A stretch of DNA of 63,755 bases, filler included, from Platydemus manokwari (taxonomy: Eukaryota): the NCBI GenBank assembly GCA_037951405.1. It is 6 parts of 6 records of this genome, joined end to end, with 100 filler letters (N's around TTAATTAATTAA, not from the genome) between each part and the next. Parts side by side here need not be neighbours in the genome. Positions count along the whole stretch, not along the records: positions 22,191 to 31,284 come from JBBMOY011300540.1; positions 31,385 to 43,122 come from JBBMOY010492220.1; 4 more parts are not named here. One strand, written 5' to 3'. The position numbers and the translations under genes were made by a program. The notes beneath the pieces are model-generated. The model did not search any database and had not been told where the DNA came from. It was given only the letters and a program-made list of their open reading frames with translations. Shown here in pieces: positions 25,702-39,447 of this stretch (positions are counted from its first letter, which is position 1; every line of letters begins with the position of its first letter).

Positions 25702-28700
25702 TGAGTGAAATTGAAGCTGAATTTGATTTCTGGTTATATTTGATAGATATTATCCAACGATTGGGTAGCAAATGTGTTCAGTAAATCTTTTTTTTATCAG
25801 TGATTTGTCAATTTTACTGTAAACAATATTTTTTCTGATGTTATTTGTATGTGGAATGCAATATTTTATGCCGTAGGAATTTGACAATTTCTCTGATTCG
25901 AGGCACAATATTGATGAATGATTTTAGGACATTTAAAAATCAATATATTTTCAGACTAACCAAAATCAATCAGATGAGTGATTCTATCGTCATTGAATAA
26001 AATTAGATTTTAATGAGATTAAAATTATCAGTAAAGTTAAATCGAATTATAAATATATAGGTTTTGAATATAGGTATTGAATATGTATGATTACATAACA
26101 AAATATCATGAAAATACACCAATAAATGGTATTGTCTATACATTATAAGCAATTTTCGTAGAAACGTTATCTGAAAATCAGTTATGGACATTAGCTACCA
26201 TCAATGTTTTGATAAATATATCATATAGAACTCCCCTCCCAATATTTTATATACTAAATTAATTAGCTTGACTTCGGGATCTAAGTGTGAACCTGAACAT
26301 GTCAAATCCCATTTGGAATCATTATATCATGGATAAGGGATGTGTAATGGAAATATTATACAAGATCAAATCTATAATCACATATCACAATATATTATAG
26401 AATATCAGATATATGTTACGAATAAGTATGCCATATGAAACCGAAAATAATATCTCAGTTACAAATATCGTTGTCGCAATCACAATTCACATGGTTGTCT
26501 ATATATATTCGAAAACCAATACAAATATATTTATTCGAAACAGATTTTTGTTTCAAATTCAGTATATTAAATCAGAGAGAAAATTTCATTTTTGTTTCAT
26601 GTGGGCGTAGCAATATTAATAGAAATTTTTTCTATGCATTTTTATTGGTTCGATAATTAATTCTGAACGGTAATAATATTAATAATAATAATAATGACCA
26701 ATTTATAACAAACAGTTCACCGATATTATTTGTCTATAAATATAGATTTCATAAATAAATTTTAGCTTTCTATTCTAAAAGTGGGAGTAAATAAATGGAA
26801 ATCGCTTGCGCGATAATTGACAAGTTATATAAATGGAAAATTTTCCCCGAATTTCACCAAAGTGTGATATGATTAATGAATTGAAAATAGAATTCCTCCA
26901 GGAAGCACGTCTTTGTGAATGGATTTATTCTCTAATGAATTTCATTGCATAAATTAAGCAGAATTTATTGATTAGTCTGTGATACAAATCATTTGAAATT
27001 TAAAGAGATGATAAATTTCACATTTATAGCTGACAAAGGGGAATTTATAAAGAATTATCAACGGTTTTAATGTGTGTGATTCCCAGCTGGGGTTTATTAG
27101 GCGATAACGCATAGGGACTAAGATCATGTATAAATAAAGTATTATATAACTATCAAATTTTCTTATAAATCTTGATTTGCCAATGTCATTTATCATATTC
27201 GATAGTTTTCAATACGATCATGAGATAAGGTCAAACAAATTTCATTCTAATTGTACAAATTGAAGTCGATATATTTTCTTATCAACTCTTTTCCATCTAT
27301 CAGGCCATCTATTAGGTTTTGGAGAAATGTCTTCGGTTCTTAAAGAATAGAAATGTTTGCAAAGAATTCCATAAAATGTCGAAAATCAATGTTTATAATC
27401 AAACGATATTGAGCTCCCTGATTTAAATAATCACATTAATTGTCTGGAGATTGATATTAATGATAAAAATAGAGAAAGAATTAAATCGTAACACTTCATA
27501 AAGTGTCAGTGATAAAATTAAAGTGGAAAGTATTTTTAAATGAATTCGTTATAATTTTCTACTAAATCAATTGAATAAATGAAACTTATTCGCTACATTC
27601 TACTGTCTTGGACGAAGTTGATATTTTTAATTATAAAATTTCTAACAGAAAGTCGATAGGGATAAAATTTCGACAGAAATGTTATATATATATATATATA
27701 TCAAATAAACTTTGGTGGGCAAATGGGGCTTCACGTGGGCAAACTAATGGACCCATGAGCCACATGCGCTAAAACCATTTCTACTAGGACAAAATATGGA
27801 CTGCATATCTAACAGTTTTCTTCAATTTACCATTATTTACGCTTCTTCTTTTAAACAGCATTTTCGACTGTTTGTCTCATTAAAGGGGATTGTCATTCAT
27901 GCTATTGACTAAACATAGCACAAGTTTTAATAAAATCGTGTTATTAGATGCACCAGTACTTCGAAAGTTATAAAATAATTTGTTAACAAATCTACAAATA
28001 TTATTCACATGTAATTTTAATAATAAGATGAGTAGCATGTAATTTCATGACGATATATATGTGTATGTGTGTTTGTAAAGGATTCCATAGTCACAAAAAT
28101 GATAATACGGATATCAAATGGGAAATATACATATTGATATATTAACTGACCTATACCGATATTAATGGAATTTATTTAAGGATTAATAACCCTTAATCTA
28201 ATGATAATTTATAATTAATAATAATTTATTAAGAACGATCAAATTTATGTTTGACTGTAGCTATAAATCGTAAATATATTCCCAAATAACTCAATGTCGT
28301 ACAACATCGTGTAAATCAGTTAAATCACATTTTTTTAATTGGTTTAAATATTTAAAAAATCTAAATAACACACACACACACTGATACACACACAAATCAA
28401 ATATTGATATTAAATAAAGTAAATTATTATTGAAAATTGATTTGAACCGATTGATTCATATTAATCGAACAAATAAATTTGATAAAAATAGATTAAAATA
28501 CACGAATATATTATTCGCTCACATCTTAAATTTGATATCTATATATATCAAATAATAATCGTGAAAGATCATTAAAAATTTACGGTTGACCAATCACGTG
28601 AAGAACATCAACAAGAAAATGTTGGGTATGATTTCCAATTTTATCAACACACATAAACATATTTCAATAATGGAGGAAAAAACCACATATATATTTAATT

Positions 28701-28939
28701 TAGAAAATTTCTATTAACAGATATGTATATATCGTTAAGGGATTGTTTCAATGTTTCATCTGGAGTTGTTAGATAATGTCAATTTTAACGATGTCATCAT
28801 TATGACAGAATCAACTCGATAAAGCTTTTGTATTTTTAATTAGATAGAAAAATATTTTATTTCAAAAAATATAGATAATTATATATATATATATATACAT
28901 GTATAACAAGACAATATAATATTGAATTTATCATTTAAT

Positions 28940-29185
28940 TATTCTAGTAATGTCAATGATGAAGACAGATTAGTTGGTTGCCATATTTTCCAGACTATAT
29001 TTTTAGGATTCATTGATGCTGGAATATTAATAAAAAAAAAGATGGTGATGATGTTAATATAAGCGAATGTGACATTTTAGATGATGAAGAGCATTAAAAT
29101 TTGCTATACATTTTGCTATTTAATTTAATATATTAATCCGTCAACCCATGATTAGGATGTGCCTTATAGTCCGGAAAATACGGTA
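28940..29185 (+). mobile_element. Terminal fragment of a Tc2/pogo-like (Tc1/mariner superfamily) DNA transposon
   Basis: Ends GTGCCTTATAGTCCGGAAAATACGG|TA, a CCGTATTTTCCGGACTATAAG-type TIR plus TA target. It is preceded by a decayed acidic coding-like tail. Confidence 0.65.
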
Positions 29186-31284
29186 AATCACATGAAATTA
29201 TCAAATCATTATTGAATTGGAGATTATTGTTTTGTTTTGTCTTTTTAATTTTTACAGATTGAACAAATGAAATCGAGATTAGACAAATTAATTTGATATT
29301 GAAAATAAGAAGAGATAATATAGAATGATAATAAGATTTTAATACCAACCCAGTAGATATGATTAGATTAATTCGTGTTAGTCAATTAAATATTTGTGTG
29401 TCTACCACATTCAATCAAAGAATCTGATAAAACACATTATTTAGTGAAAAAACAGACGATTTCAAGATTATCTTAATATAATCACAAGGAAGACCTTCCC
29501 CACGACATTTATTGATAAAATTATACATTTACGATTTTAAATTTATTTTTTATTGATTTTTTACATTCAACTAATTATTGATTTATTGGAAAATAGTCTT
29601 TACAAAAAAGTCTTTTCGCATGTTAAAAATGTAAATTAATATTTTTTATATGAATATAATCAAACTTGAGCCATGACTTTTAATCTCTTATAATATAAGT
29701 TAATTGGTAATTTTTTTTATTTAATTATATCTTTTAGAAAACTGGTTAACATTTTACGATTAATATAAAATCATAAAATTAAGCCATTGATAAAATAATG
29801 ATAAGGTTAAGGATAATAATAATTATAATAATAATTAAAAATAATAATAATAATAATAATTCAATATTAATAATAATATAATTCCATAATCGAATAAAGT
29901 TTAGACCATAAAACTATCCGGTATTGAAAATATCCGATCTTATCACGATTTAAGCCAAATATATGCGTAGATATGGCTCAATATTTTTTCAATGATGAAA
30001 TATATAGTGAACTTGTTGAGAGTTATTTTATGGATATTTCTCATTTCTACCAGATAACTTAACAGAGTGAAGAAAAGGCATTTCGCCGAAAGCGATTTTG
30101 TCAAATTTTAGATTATTATCTGAAAAAAAATATTCATATGGAAACTAATTTAATCATCTTATCATCATAAAATCCGATTGAGAGAGAAAAGAAAAGAAAG
30201 AAAAAATATCAAAGTAATGATAAATAATGCCACTAAATTAAAATTGAAAATTTGTTTGAGATATAATGAAAATACGATTCCATATTTACAAGATTATTAA
30301 TGAGAAAACATTGCCAATGTCAAAGATGATTTCAAAATTACAACTCTAACAAAATGAGATTAATGTCAAAACATTGCATTTCTGAGCCATTAATGATAAA
30401 GATATTTCATTGAGATGATGGAATTTAGGAAAATACATTATATAAATGAATATCATTCAATTTATCATATCAAATATCATTATGGACATAATCAAGATTT
30501 TGAATTATAATATCGGTTATTGATCATATGTATTTCAATGATGTTTCCATGGTTCTAAGATGACATTATTAACCATTGATAAAACACATCTTTTTTTAAA
30601 TTCATAATGTCTGTTATGGATATAAAAAGACTTTGATTGACCTATGATTGGGTGGTTCTATTTTATCAACAATCATAACTAGTCGAACCAAATCCAAAGA
30701 GTTTTTCAGGTCATGGGTAAAATATGTATCTCTTAAAATTTAGTGACATTGAGAAGTTGATCGATAATGTAAAAGATAAAAATAAATGGTTGTTCAATGA
30801 ATATCAATTTAATCAGATAATTATAATTACTGATAAAATATAGATTTCATAAAAGCTTCCTATAATCACATCTAATATTCAGTGTCACGCGCAAATGTGT
30901 GATATTCGACTAATACGAGCCTTCGCGTCGATAAAGATGGGAAATTCGTAGACTCAATCAAATATGCTTAGAGTCGCATGAATTACATTCAGAATAATCA
31001 ATATCATTCCTATTTTTACAATGTCCGACATTCAGTTGGTACAAAAATAGTACTAGTACACACCGAAAGTACATGTTATCAAATCAATATTATAATTGAT
31101 ATTGTATTTTCTGTTAGAATATTATTAATAATATTTATTCACCATCTAATATACTAACCTGTTTCCATTCAAACAAAAACACAATATTTAATATATTTAT
31201 TATTCAAAGAATCATTACTAATAATGATAATATATGAAAATTATTTCAGTTCAACAATCATTGATAAAAATAATTCAATTATTT

Positions 31285-31384
31285 NNNNNNNNNNNNNNNN
31301 NNNNNNNNNNNNNNNNNNNNNNNNNNNNTTAATTAATTAANNNNNNNNNNNNNNNNNNNNNNNNNNNNNNNNNNNNNNNNNNNN
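31285..31384. other. Artificial contig spacer
   Basis: 44 N + TTAATTAATTAA + 44 N. Confidence 0.97.
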
Positions 31385-31809
31385 TATTATTAAATTAAAG
31401 ACAAATCATAGGCACACATTTGATAATCTTTCTTCTCCCCGTGTGCAATTTCACTAATTTTTAAAAATCGTAGAAAATAAATGCTTGTATGTGCTGTGTT
31501 TTCTCTATAAAGTGTTTTCAAACGAAACAATATATTGAAATTTATATGGGGTCACAGCATTTTAGGAGTATTGATCCAAATTACAGTGTTTTTGAAAACA
31601 AAATGAATCCATAAAATCAAGAGTAATGAAAAGTGTTTACTGTTAACTTGTCTAGATTGTGACTGTCTGGCATTTTCTGTCTAATTATGGTGCATTTATC
31701 AAATAGTTATCAAGGTATTTACAAATTAATTACGACATTGCAAAATACAAACCAATTTCTGGTGTCTTTTGCAGTAAAATAATTTCGATCGCATATTTCG
31801 AATTTGAAA

Positions 31810-31935
31810 GAAAATATTCCATCAATTTCTTAATTTAGACCTATCACGAAAATACAGAGGTTAATTCTATGTTGTTTGTTATTGGCTGGAATTTCAAATA
31901 GGTATGATATAATCGATTATAGCTATCATCGTACA
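31810..31935 (+). pseudogene. Diverged duplicate of SLC35A4-like exon 5 with flanking intron sequence
   Basis: TTTCTTAATTTAGACCTATCACGAAAATACAG...TTATTGGCTGGAATTTCAAATAGGTATGATATAATCGATT aligns with 36877-36987. Confidence 0.8.
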
Positions 31936-34134
31936 CAATAACACATTGAAACTTAAAGAGGTTAGACTAGTCAGGAGATTGAGGGTTTCATTTACAACAA
32001 GGTACTACGATTAACGCGAATCGAGATGTGCGAATCAAAATGTATGGTCATGGAAACTAGAAGGTCACTAATCTCAGACTATACGGAAGTAAAAAAAAAA
32101 GATCACAGGCGAAGACTGACTAATTGATCGTCTTCATTGAAATTGGAATCCGAATTTCCCCGTACTGAGCATTTTCACCTTATATATAAGATAATTGGCT
32201 CTGATTCACCACCTGTGCTTTTTCGAAAGGTCGGAAGTGTTGACGATCTGAACAACTATCAAAGTCTATTCTGCCATGACCTCAGAATTGATAAAGTCAG
32301 ATTCTTCAGGAATTCTGGTAACCTGATTCTGTTTTCCCCTAGAGTTTGAGAATAGTTTATTATTTAATCTACCATTTACGAAAAACGTTGAGATTTCTTT
32401 GAGACCACAAACTGTTCTATCAAATAACTTCCATGGACATGCCAACATTTAAAATATTTTAAGAATATTGATAAAAATAGAACTAGAGTTTATAAACTAT
32501 CTGTTAGGACACAATATTTGTCGATATCGATGATCGATTCTCATTTTCAGTCCAAAACCGAAGTATGAAGACTTTAGCGACAATAATTACAAAATAAAGG
32601 TAAAATTTACATATAATGTATTACTTAACACCTAATTGAAGATTTATAATTATGCGATTCATAGCTTATACCACGTCTTGAAGGACTCTCAGTCCTCTTC
32701 TCTATATTAATTATCAACATGGCAATGTTAGCCCTCGTTAGTGCTTAATTTATCCAGACATTAATAAGACATAATGCAATTAAAATTTACTCATAGTTTT
32801 TATATATTTCCGCAGTGTTGAATGATAAATTGATCAGAAAAAACTCTAAATTTCACTAATTCAATCTCTCAATTACAATTCGAATATCTAAACAGTTGAT
32901 ACCCCATAAATTTAAAAATCCACAATTCAATAAAACAGTCCAAGTCGTAAACCCACAGTCCTTTTCAACAATCTCAGGCATAAGCTGAGCTGAAAGGCCC
33001 ATCATTTATATCTACTCTTATATAATAAACGTTGTGACTTATAAGTGATTGAGTAAAAAATTTTAACCCATCAAACTAACAATAAATGGCACCCACTAAA
33101 ACATTAAGAAAAACAAATACTCGTGAGATACTGAAAACTACAGTAGTCGATAGACAATAGTATTCGATCGATAATCAATTTTGAGACGAAACTGAAAATT
33201 AACACGAAAGAGTATGTATAATTACACTGAGTGAACCATTTGGAATTTTGACGAAATTTGAACTATGGTTTTTAAATTCAACATGAGTAAATATATGCAA
33301 GCACTTTGCGTAATAATTTATTAACTAGCGTTACTTCTATCAAAAATTTTATCAGAAACTTCATCTTTGTAAGATAAATTGTTCATTGCATTATTAATGA
33401 AGTTATTTTTCTCACTACATTAAATAATCTTTTCAATTTTGTTTACTCATATCCGTCTTCGATATTTCAAGTAGCTCACTCACGTGACGCGTTACTTAAT
33501 TTAAACAATTATATTATGGTTTTCCGTTCAAATTTTCATTTTTCATTAAAATTTTTTTGACTAAATACCAAAATTAATTTTGACCACTGCATAATAAAAC
33601 TCAACTGTACTGTTATTTTCAGGATTAATTTCCCATCGACAGAGCACACGTCTGTTGTGGTATGGTAAAATCATTAAATAAAATACAGTGATTGCATACA
33701 TTTAGAAATACCTTTAGATTTCTATAAATTTCCGATGGTTTTATCTTAATACGAGATTATTGAAGCCGTTTAAGAACCAATTAATCATATACTAACACAC
33801 TTAACCATCCACAACATTTAATATTTTTTAACGATTAATTTTTTATAAAATTATATTTTTACATGAAATTTTTAAAATTTAATTAAAATCAAATTATAAA
33901 ATTACATAAGAACGACAACCAATTATAATTGTAATTATTTAATAATATTGATATTTAATTGACTACTGATTTATTTTAAGAGCTTCATACTTTGGCCATT
34001 TCATTTCCGGTAGCCAGCTGATATTTAGATACAATAATACCTTTGTGAAATGTATGAGTGATTCTAATAATGACTTTAAACGCATTCATCATAATAGCTA
34101 CGTGTAATTATTTATAATTATATAAAATATTTAG

Positions 34135-34210
34135 TACTGTATTTTTCGGACTATAAGGCGCACCCTAACTATGAGTTGACTGATCAATATAATAAATTTA
34201 ATTAAAAATC
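34135..34210 (-). mobile_element. Second terminus of the same Tc2/pogo-like family
   Basis: TA|CTGTATTTTTCGGACTATAAGGCGCACCCTAACTATGAGTTGAC matches the reverse complement of ~29110-29185. Confidence 0.65.
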
Positions 34211-36251
34211 TGTCGTTTATGAAATATTTACTACTTATTATTGTAAATGGCTTTTTGTAAGCAATTCTAAAATTGGGTTTTGTGTGCGTGGATTGTTCTA
34301 ATGCACGTACGATATACATTACTGTAAATTCTATTATTTTATTCTCTATCATTTATTTATGGTAATTATTTCGATGTTCCGATTTTTTCCAGTTCATTTT
34401 AATTTTTCACTTTGCTAGTCTCATTTACTGTGGCATTTAAAATTCATGAAATTTGTTTTAAATAAACAGATTTATTTAATGAAAGGTATTGTTTAGTTCT
34501 TTGTTTTTCTAGTCGATTTTCAATTAGCATTTTTGCTTTGCTAGTCTTACTGTGTTAATATATTTTTTTATAATTATTTATTATTATTCTCATTATTATT
34601 ATTACTATTTTAATTGAAATAAATTTTTATTCCATTCATTATTTGTAGTTATATTTTCATAGGATTCTATAAACACATGTACTGTATACAATATTAGAAT
34701 GCACGTTTTCCACACCTTTGAGAGAAAACCATTGATGAAGTTAAAATTCTAAATAGTTCCATAGAAATATTTTAAATAATTGTATCATTATTCATGATCA
34801 TCAACCTTCATTTAACCTGACATTATCTGTAGGCCTTTTTCAGACTTATTTACTTAGTTAGATTATTATGCGTTATCGACATTTAGTTCTCAACAAATGC
34901 TAACCATCATTATACGCACACACAACGCATAATAATCTATTTTGAGGGATAGTTGTTGTTTTAAATAAATTTATGTACAACAAATTTTTATTTCCAATTT
35001 TGTCCGCGAACTTTATTTACAACCTAATATATATATATCAATAACTTGGAACATAAAAGACGTATAAATAAGAAGGCTGATTCATGAATGAAATTAAAGG
35101 CCAAAGTTAAAGCTGAATTGTTGAAACTAATCAAGCGAATAAGTAGATGAGTTGAATTACTTTGAAAAGTCTTATATTAGCCTGAAATAATTAGAGTTTG
35201 AAAGCTATGATCGAATTCCAATGTTATTAAGTAAAATTGGGAAGTGGTTAAAGTTTCGGGTAATGGGTAACAATATTAAAATATAGTTCTATATTTATAA
35301 AAATAATATGAAATATCGATTGGTAAAACCATTTAAGTAAACAATATTTCAGTAAACAATATTTGTCTGACTGAATTATTGGCTCATCATAGTCGTGATC
35401 AAATAATTTTTTAGTAACAAATGATTTATTAATTTAAGAATACACTCATTTATTGGGTCGGATAGCAGTGGGATTTAAATTTCAGATAATATTAGAGAAA
35501 CAATACTGCATACATTTTAGTGCGAATGAGAAACTAAAATCTTCACCGAGTAATTATTTAATTAAAAATTTGAGAAACTGGTTGTTGAGATAAAAGCAGA
35601 TGTGTGTCTAGATAAGTCATTGATAATTAATTTAATAAATCATTGGCCCAGTTATGGAACTGAGTAATTCGTGACAATGGAATGTGTTATGGAAATATGG
35701 ACTTGATAACTTGTTCCATATTTCAATCGTCTTTAAAATACTTGCTATAGTAATTATTTATTTTAATCAACTGGTCTAGTTTTATCAATTTATTAATCAA
35801 TGTTTTCAGAATCAAATTACATTGATTATTGCCTTAAAAATTCATCGAATCACTTTTTCTAAAAAATTATTAAAATATTTCTCAATTTAATATTAGTATT
35901 AAGTACGTATATTTGAGCGAAAAATAATGAAATGAATTTGGTAATTGTTATTGCTATTTTACTTTTTAAGAAAGTATTAGTTAGTGTAATGAGTTTCTAA
36001 TGTTAAACATGATTTTTTAATTTTGAAATTTTATCTACTTTACAGATAAGCGTATCATTTTAAAAAAGGTTTTTTATTATTCAAATACACGAAGAAATAA
36101 AACATAATTTTAATACTTTCAAAAAATTTTCACATTCAATTTTGATATTATTGTTTGTTCGTATGGGATTTATAAAATTATTTTAGCAATTATTTTAAAT
36201 TTTGCATTTAACAACAAATTAAATAATTGGTTTTCTAACTGTATTTTTTCA

Positions 36252-39200
36252 ATGAAAAATCAAGTAAAACCCATACGCAATGATTTGGAAGAGGCTTGTC
36301 ACAAGGAGAAAGAAGTTATTCATCCGTTATTGTTTAAATTTTTACTTGTTATTGGGTTTGTTATTTCTTTTATTTCACTTATTGATAATAATTATAACAT
36401 TTCAGTGTCATGATATATAGTTCATACACCATATTTGTGCATTTGTGTGAAGTTGATGGTGATATTCCATTCAAATCTTCATCGATGGTTTTGATGACCG
36501 AAATAACAAAAGTTTCAATCTCATCTATTTTTAATAATTTTATTCCCAATTTTAGTTTATCATTTCCGCATTTATGTTTATACCAGAATTCAGAACTCAA
36601 GGACTGAAACTGCCATCGTTTGTGTCGATTATGCCGTTTGCAGTGCCTGCTTTGTTGTATTGTCTCAATAACAATTTATCTGTATACATCCAACTGGAAA
36701 TGGATCCCGCAACATATCAGGTGAATATTTTATGCTTAATACACTTGTATGTATAATACACCATTTCGCTTTTTCAGGTGTTAGGAAATTTTAAAATTCT
36801 AACAACTGCAATATTGTTTCGATTGATTATTAAAAAGTACAAATTACGTCGATTTTCATCGAAAATATTCGATTGATTTCTTAATTTAGACCTATCTCGA
36901 AAATACAGTGGTTGGCTCTAGGTCTTTTGTTATTGGCTGGAATTACAAACAGGTATGATATAATCGATTGTATCAATCATCGTACATTGCATGCATGTAT
37001 GTGATATGTGCTTGTGATGATGTATTTGTTTTATTTGCAATTGCAAATATTGCTCAGATCCCATTGGTTGGATTAAATGATTTTTATTGATTAAAATCTG
37101 ATGGAAAAGTGGGTTTTTCTTCGAGAAATATTTTCATGGCAATTTTTATGGATTATCATTCGAAAACCAATAATTTTATGCAACGAAAATTTTATATTAT
37201 TGACAAATTTTCTGTGATTGATATTCATATATCAACAAACATGGGAAGTTGAGTATCATACGCCAATGTATCACATGTGCAGGTGATATGTATGGATATA
37301 ACAAGAATATACAATAATATAATGTAATATAATAATCTGGTATTTCGTTAAACAAGTAGTAGAAAAATGTGCGTTTGAATCACATATGATACATGCTCTG
37401 AAGTTTTGTGAATCATATGTGATACACCATCTGAAGTTTTGTGAATCACATATGATTCATTGTTATTGCGCATGCCAATATTACGTAAATGATGCTTATT
37501 TCTAAAAATTAATTTTATCCTATATTAATATAAGCAAATGACATTCAAATTTTTATTTTGATATATTTTTTATTAATTTTTGAATTTTAAATATTATAAT
37601 CAAGTAATTATTTTTCATTTTTTAATCACAAATAATATTTTCTCAAGTCAAAAATCATTTTATAATTGAGAATCAGCTTTATCAATTACATAAATGGATT
37701 GTCTTTATCCATTTTTATTGATATATTTCGTTGCTTAACAACGTGGAATTAATTAATTATATTTCTTTATTGTGTTATTCAGAAATATTTTCTAATATGG
37801 TCTGATTTTTTTAATGCTGTTTTATTGAAATTGGGAGATTAATTAATGATTGTATATTCGTTTTAAACATATTTTCACTGTAAGCATAAAAAGTTATTAA
37901 AAAATATAAATCAGGTCCTAAACCAAAATCGAATTTACATAATATCATTCTAAATTCATCATGAAATCTAATATTGAGTCAATTCATTAACCACTTAAGC
38001 ATCTCGAACGAGATCCTCTCGCCACTTATAAATATTATGCCTGTTTTTATCTGGAGCAATACCTTCTCGCTCGTTTGTATTTCATAGAGCTTAGTGAATA
38101 TTTATTGTATGCTCATTCGAATTTAGTTTCACAGTTCGAATTTTCATTTCACTGAAAAATCCTCGCATTAAGTGGTTAAAACTCATTTCCTAACAATTTC
38201 ATTTTTTTATATCTAACAATATATCTTTTTTTATTGATATCAAAACTCAAAATAAGTTTGCACTTGAAAATTCAATATTTTAATCGTTATTCAAAACGAA
38301 ACATTAATAATTTATTCATCAAAAGTTAATTAAATATCCTGAAAATGAATTTGTTAATAAGCTTAGTAAGTTTACCATCAATTAATGTTAACTTCAAATA
38401 TTTATTCAACAAATCACTCAATGAGTGTGGCTTGGAAAATCCTGTAAACTAACAATGAGTTTTGTCTTCAACCGTAATTAGTTGAATTAAAATTGTCAAT
38501 TTGTCTTTAGCTGTTTCTTTTTCCATCAAATCAACCAATCAGATTTAAGCATGTTTGTTAAAGTAATTCTACAAATTTTTTAAAATAATTTAATTTAAGA
38601 TTTATTTTAGCGATATTATAAGAAATAAATTACTACTAAATTTAATGGCAAGTGTAATGATAATAAGCGAATATTGAGATCAAGATAAGCGATTCAAACC
38701 GATTTCGACTGTATATAATTGAAGTATTTTATATCAAATATTTTTTTCAGCTATGGTGGATTGGTTAATAAGTTGAACGTGAAAGATTTTGGAAAAATAT
38801 ATATCTCAATTGCTGGTTTATTTATGATTGGTGTTTATTGTACATTATCTGGACTTTCTGGAGTGTACACAGAATATGTTTTGAAAAAGCAGATAGAGGT
38901 ATTTTTAGAATTATTTTTTTATTAATATTTAATGATAGCTAAAAATTATAATGAACTATAATTATAATTTTTAATTATTTTATTGGTCTCATTGTAATTA
39001 TATCAACTTTAATTAAATTATTATAATTTTATGTCATAACTCAAATGATTTAATACTTTATAGCTTAGTATTCATTTACAAAATGGTTTATTATATACAT
39101 TTGGGATTCTTTTGAATGGATTGTTGTACTTGATTCAAGCTCATGAAAGTAAGTCATAATTACCTATAAATATACAATCCATTACGTTTTTGACAGGCAA

Positions 39201-39447
39201 AGATTATTCCCTATTTACTGGTTACACTATATGGACATGGATGCTTATATTCAGCCAAGCCATAGTGGGTATCATTATGGGAGTCATAATGAAATATGCC
39301 AGCAATATCACAAGGCTATTCATGATTTCTACAGCTATGATTGTCACAACATTATTGTGCATAGCCATTTTTGGATTACATCTTAATTTACACTTCATGG
39401 CTGCTATTGCATTGGTTTTGATAAGTCTTTATTTATTTCATATGTGA
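36252..39447 (+). CDS. SLC35A4: Nucleotide-sugar transporter, SLC35A4-like (8 exons)
   Basis: Exons 36252-36355, 36406-36511, 36556-36720, 36778-36836, 36890-36952, 38751-38898, 39064-39148 and 39197-39447, all GT-AG, join in frame. Motifs: IPFKSSSMVLMTEITK, PFAVPALLYCLNNNL..YIQLEMDPATYQVLGNFKI, SGLSGVYTEYVLK, IMKYASNITRLF. Confidence 0.88.
37376..37459. repeat. ~33-bp tandem repeat (x2.5) in an SLC35A4 intron
   Basis: Units of TGAATCACATATGATACA..CTGAAGTTTTG; the last partial unit TGAATCACATATGATTCA is near-palindromic. Confidence 0.8.
37991..38175. mobile_element. Putative piggyBac-like MITE (~185 bp) in an SLC35A4 intron
   Basis: TTAA|CCACTTAA ... TTAAGTGG|TTAA: an 8-bp perfect TIR flanked by TTAA on both sides. 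Confidence 0.6.

Noticed and set aside
26003-27196. Several 60-75 aa ORFs rich in I/F/N/K
   Set aside because: Expected by chance in very AT-rich noncoding DNA; no motifs.
29900-30800. Decayed ORF with FHGS (PARP-like)
   Set aside because: Only one short motif among many stops, with no supporting PARP residues.
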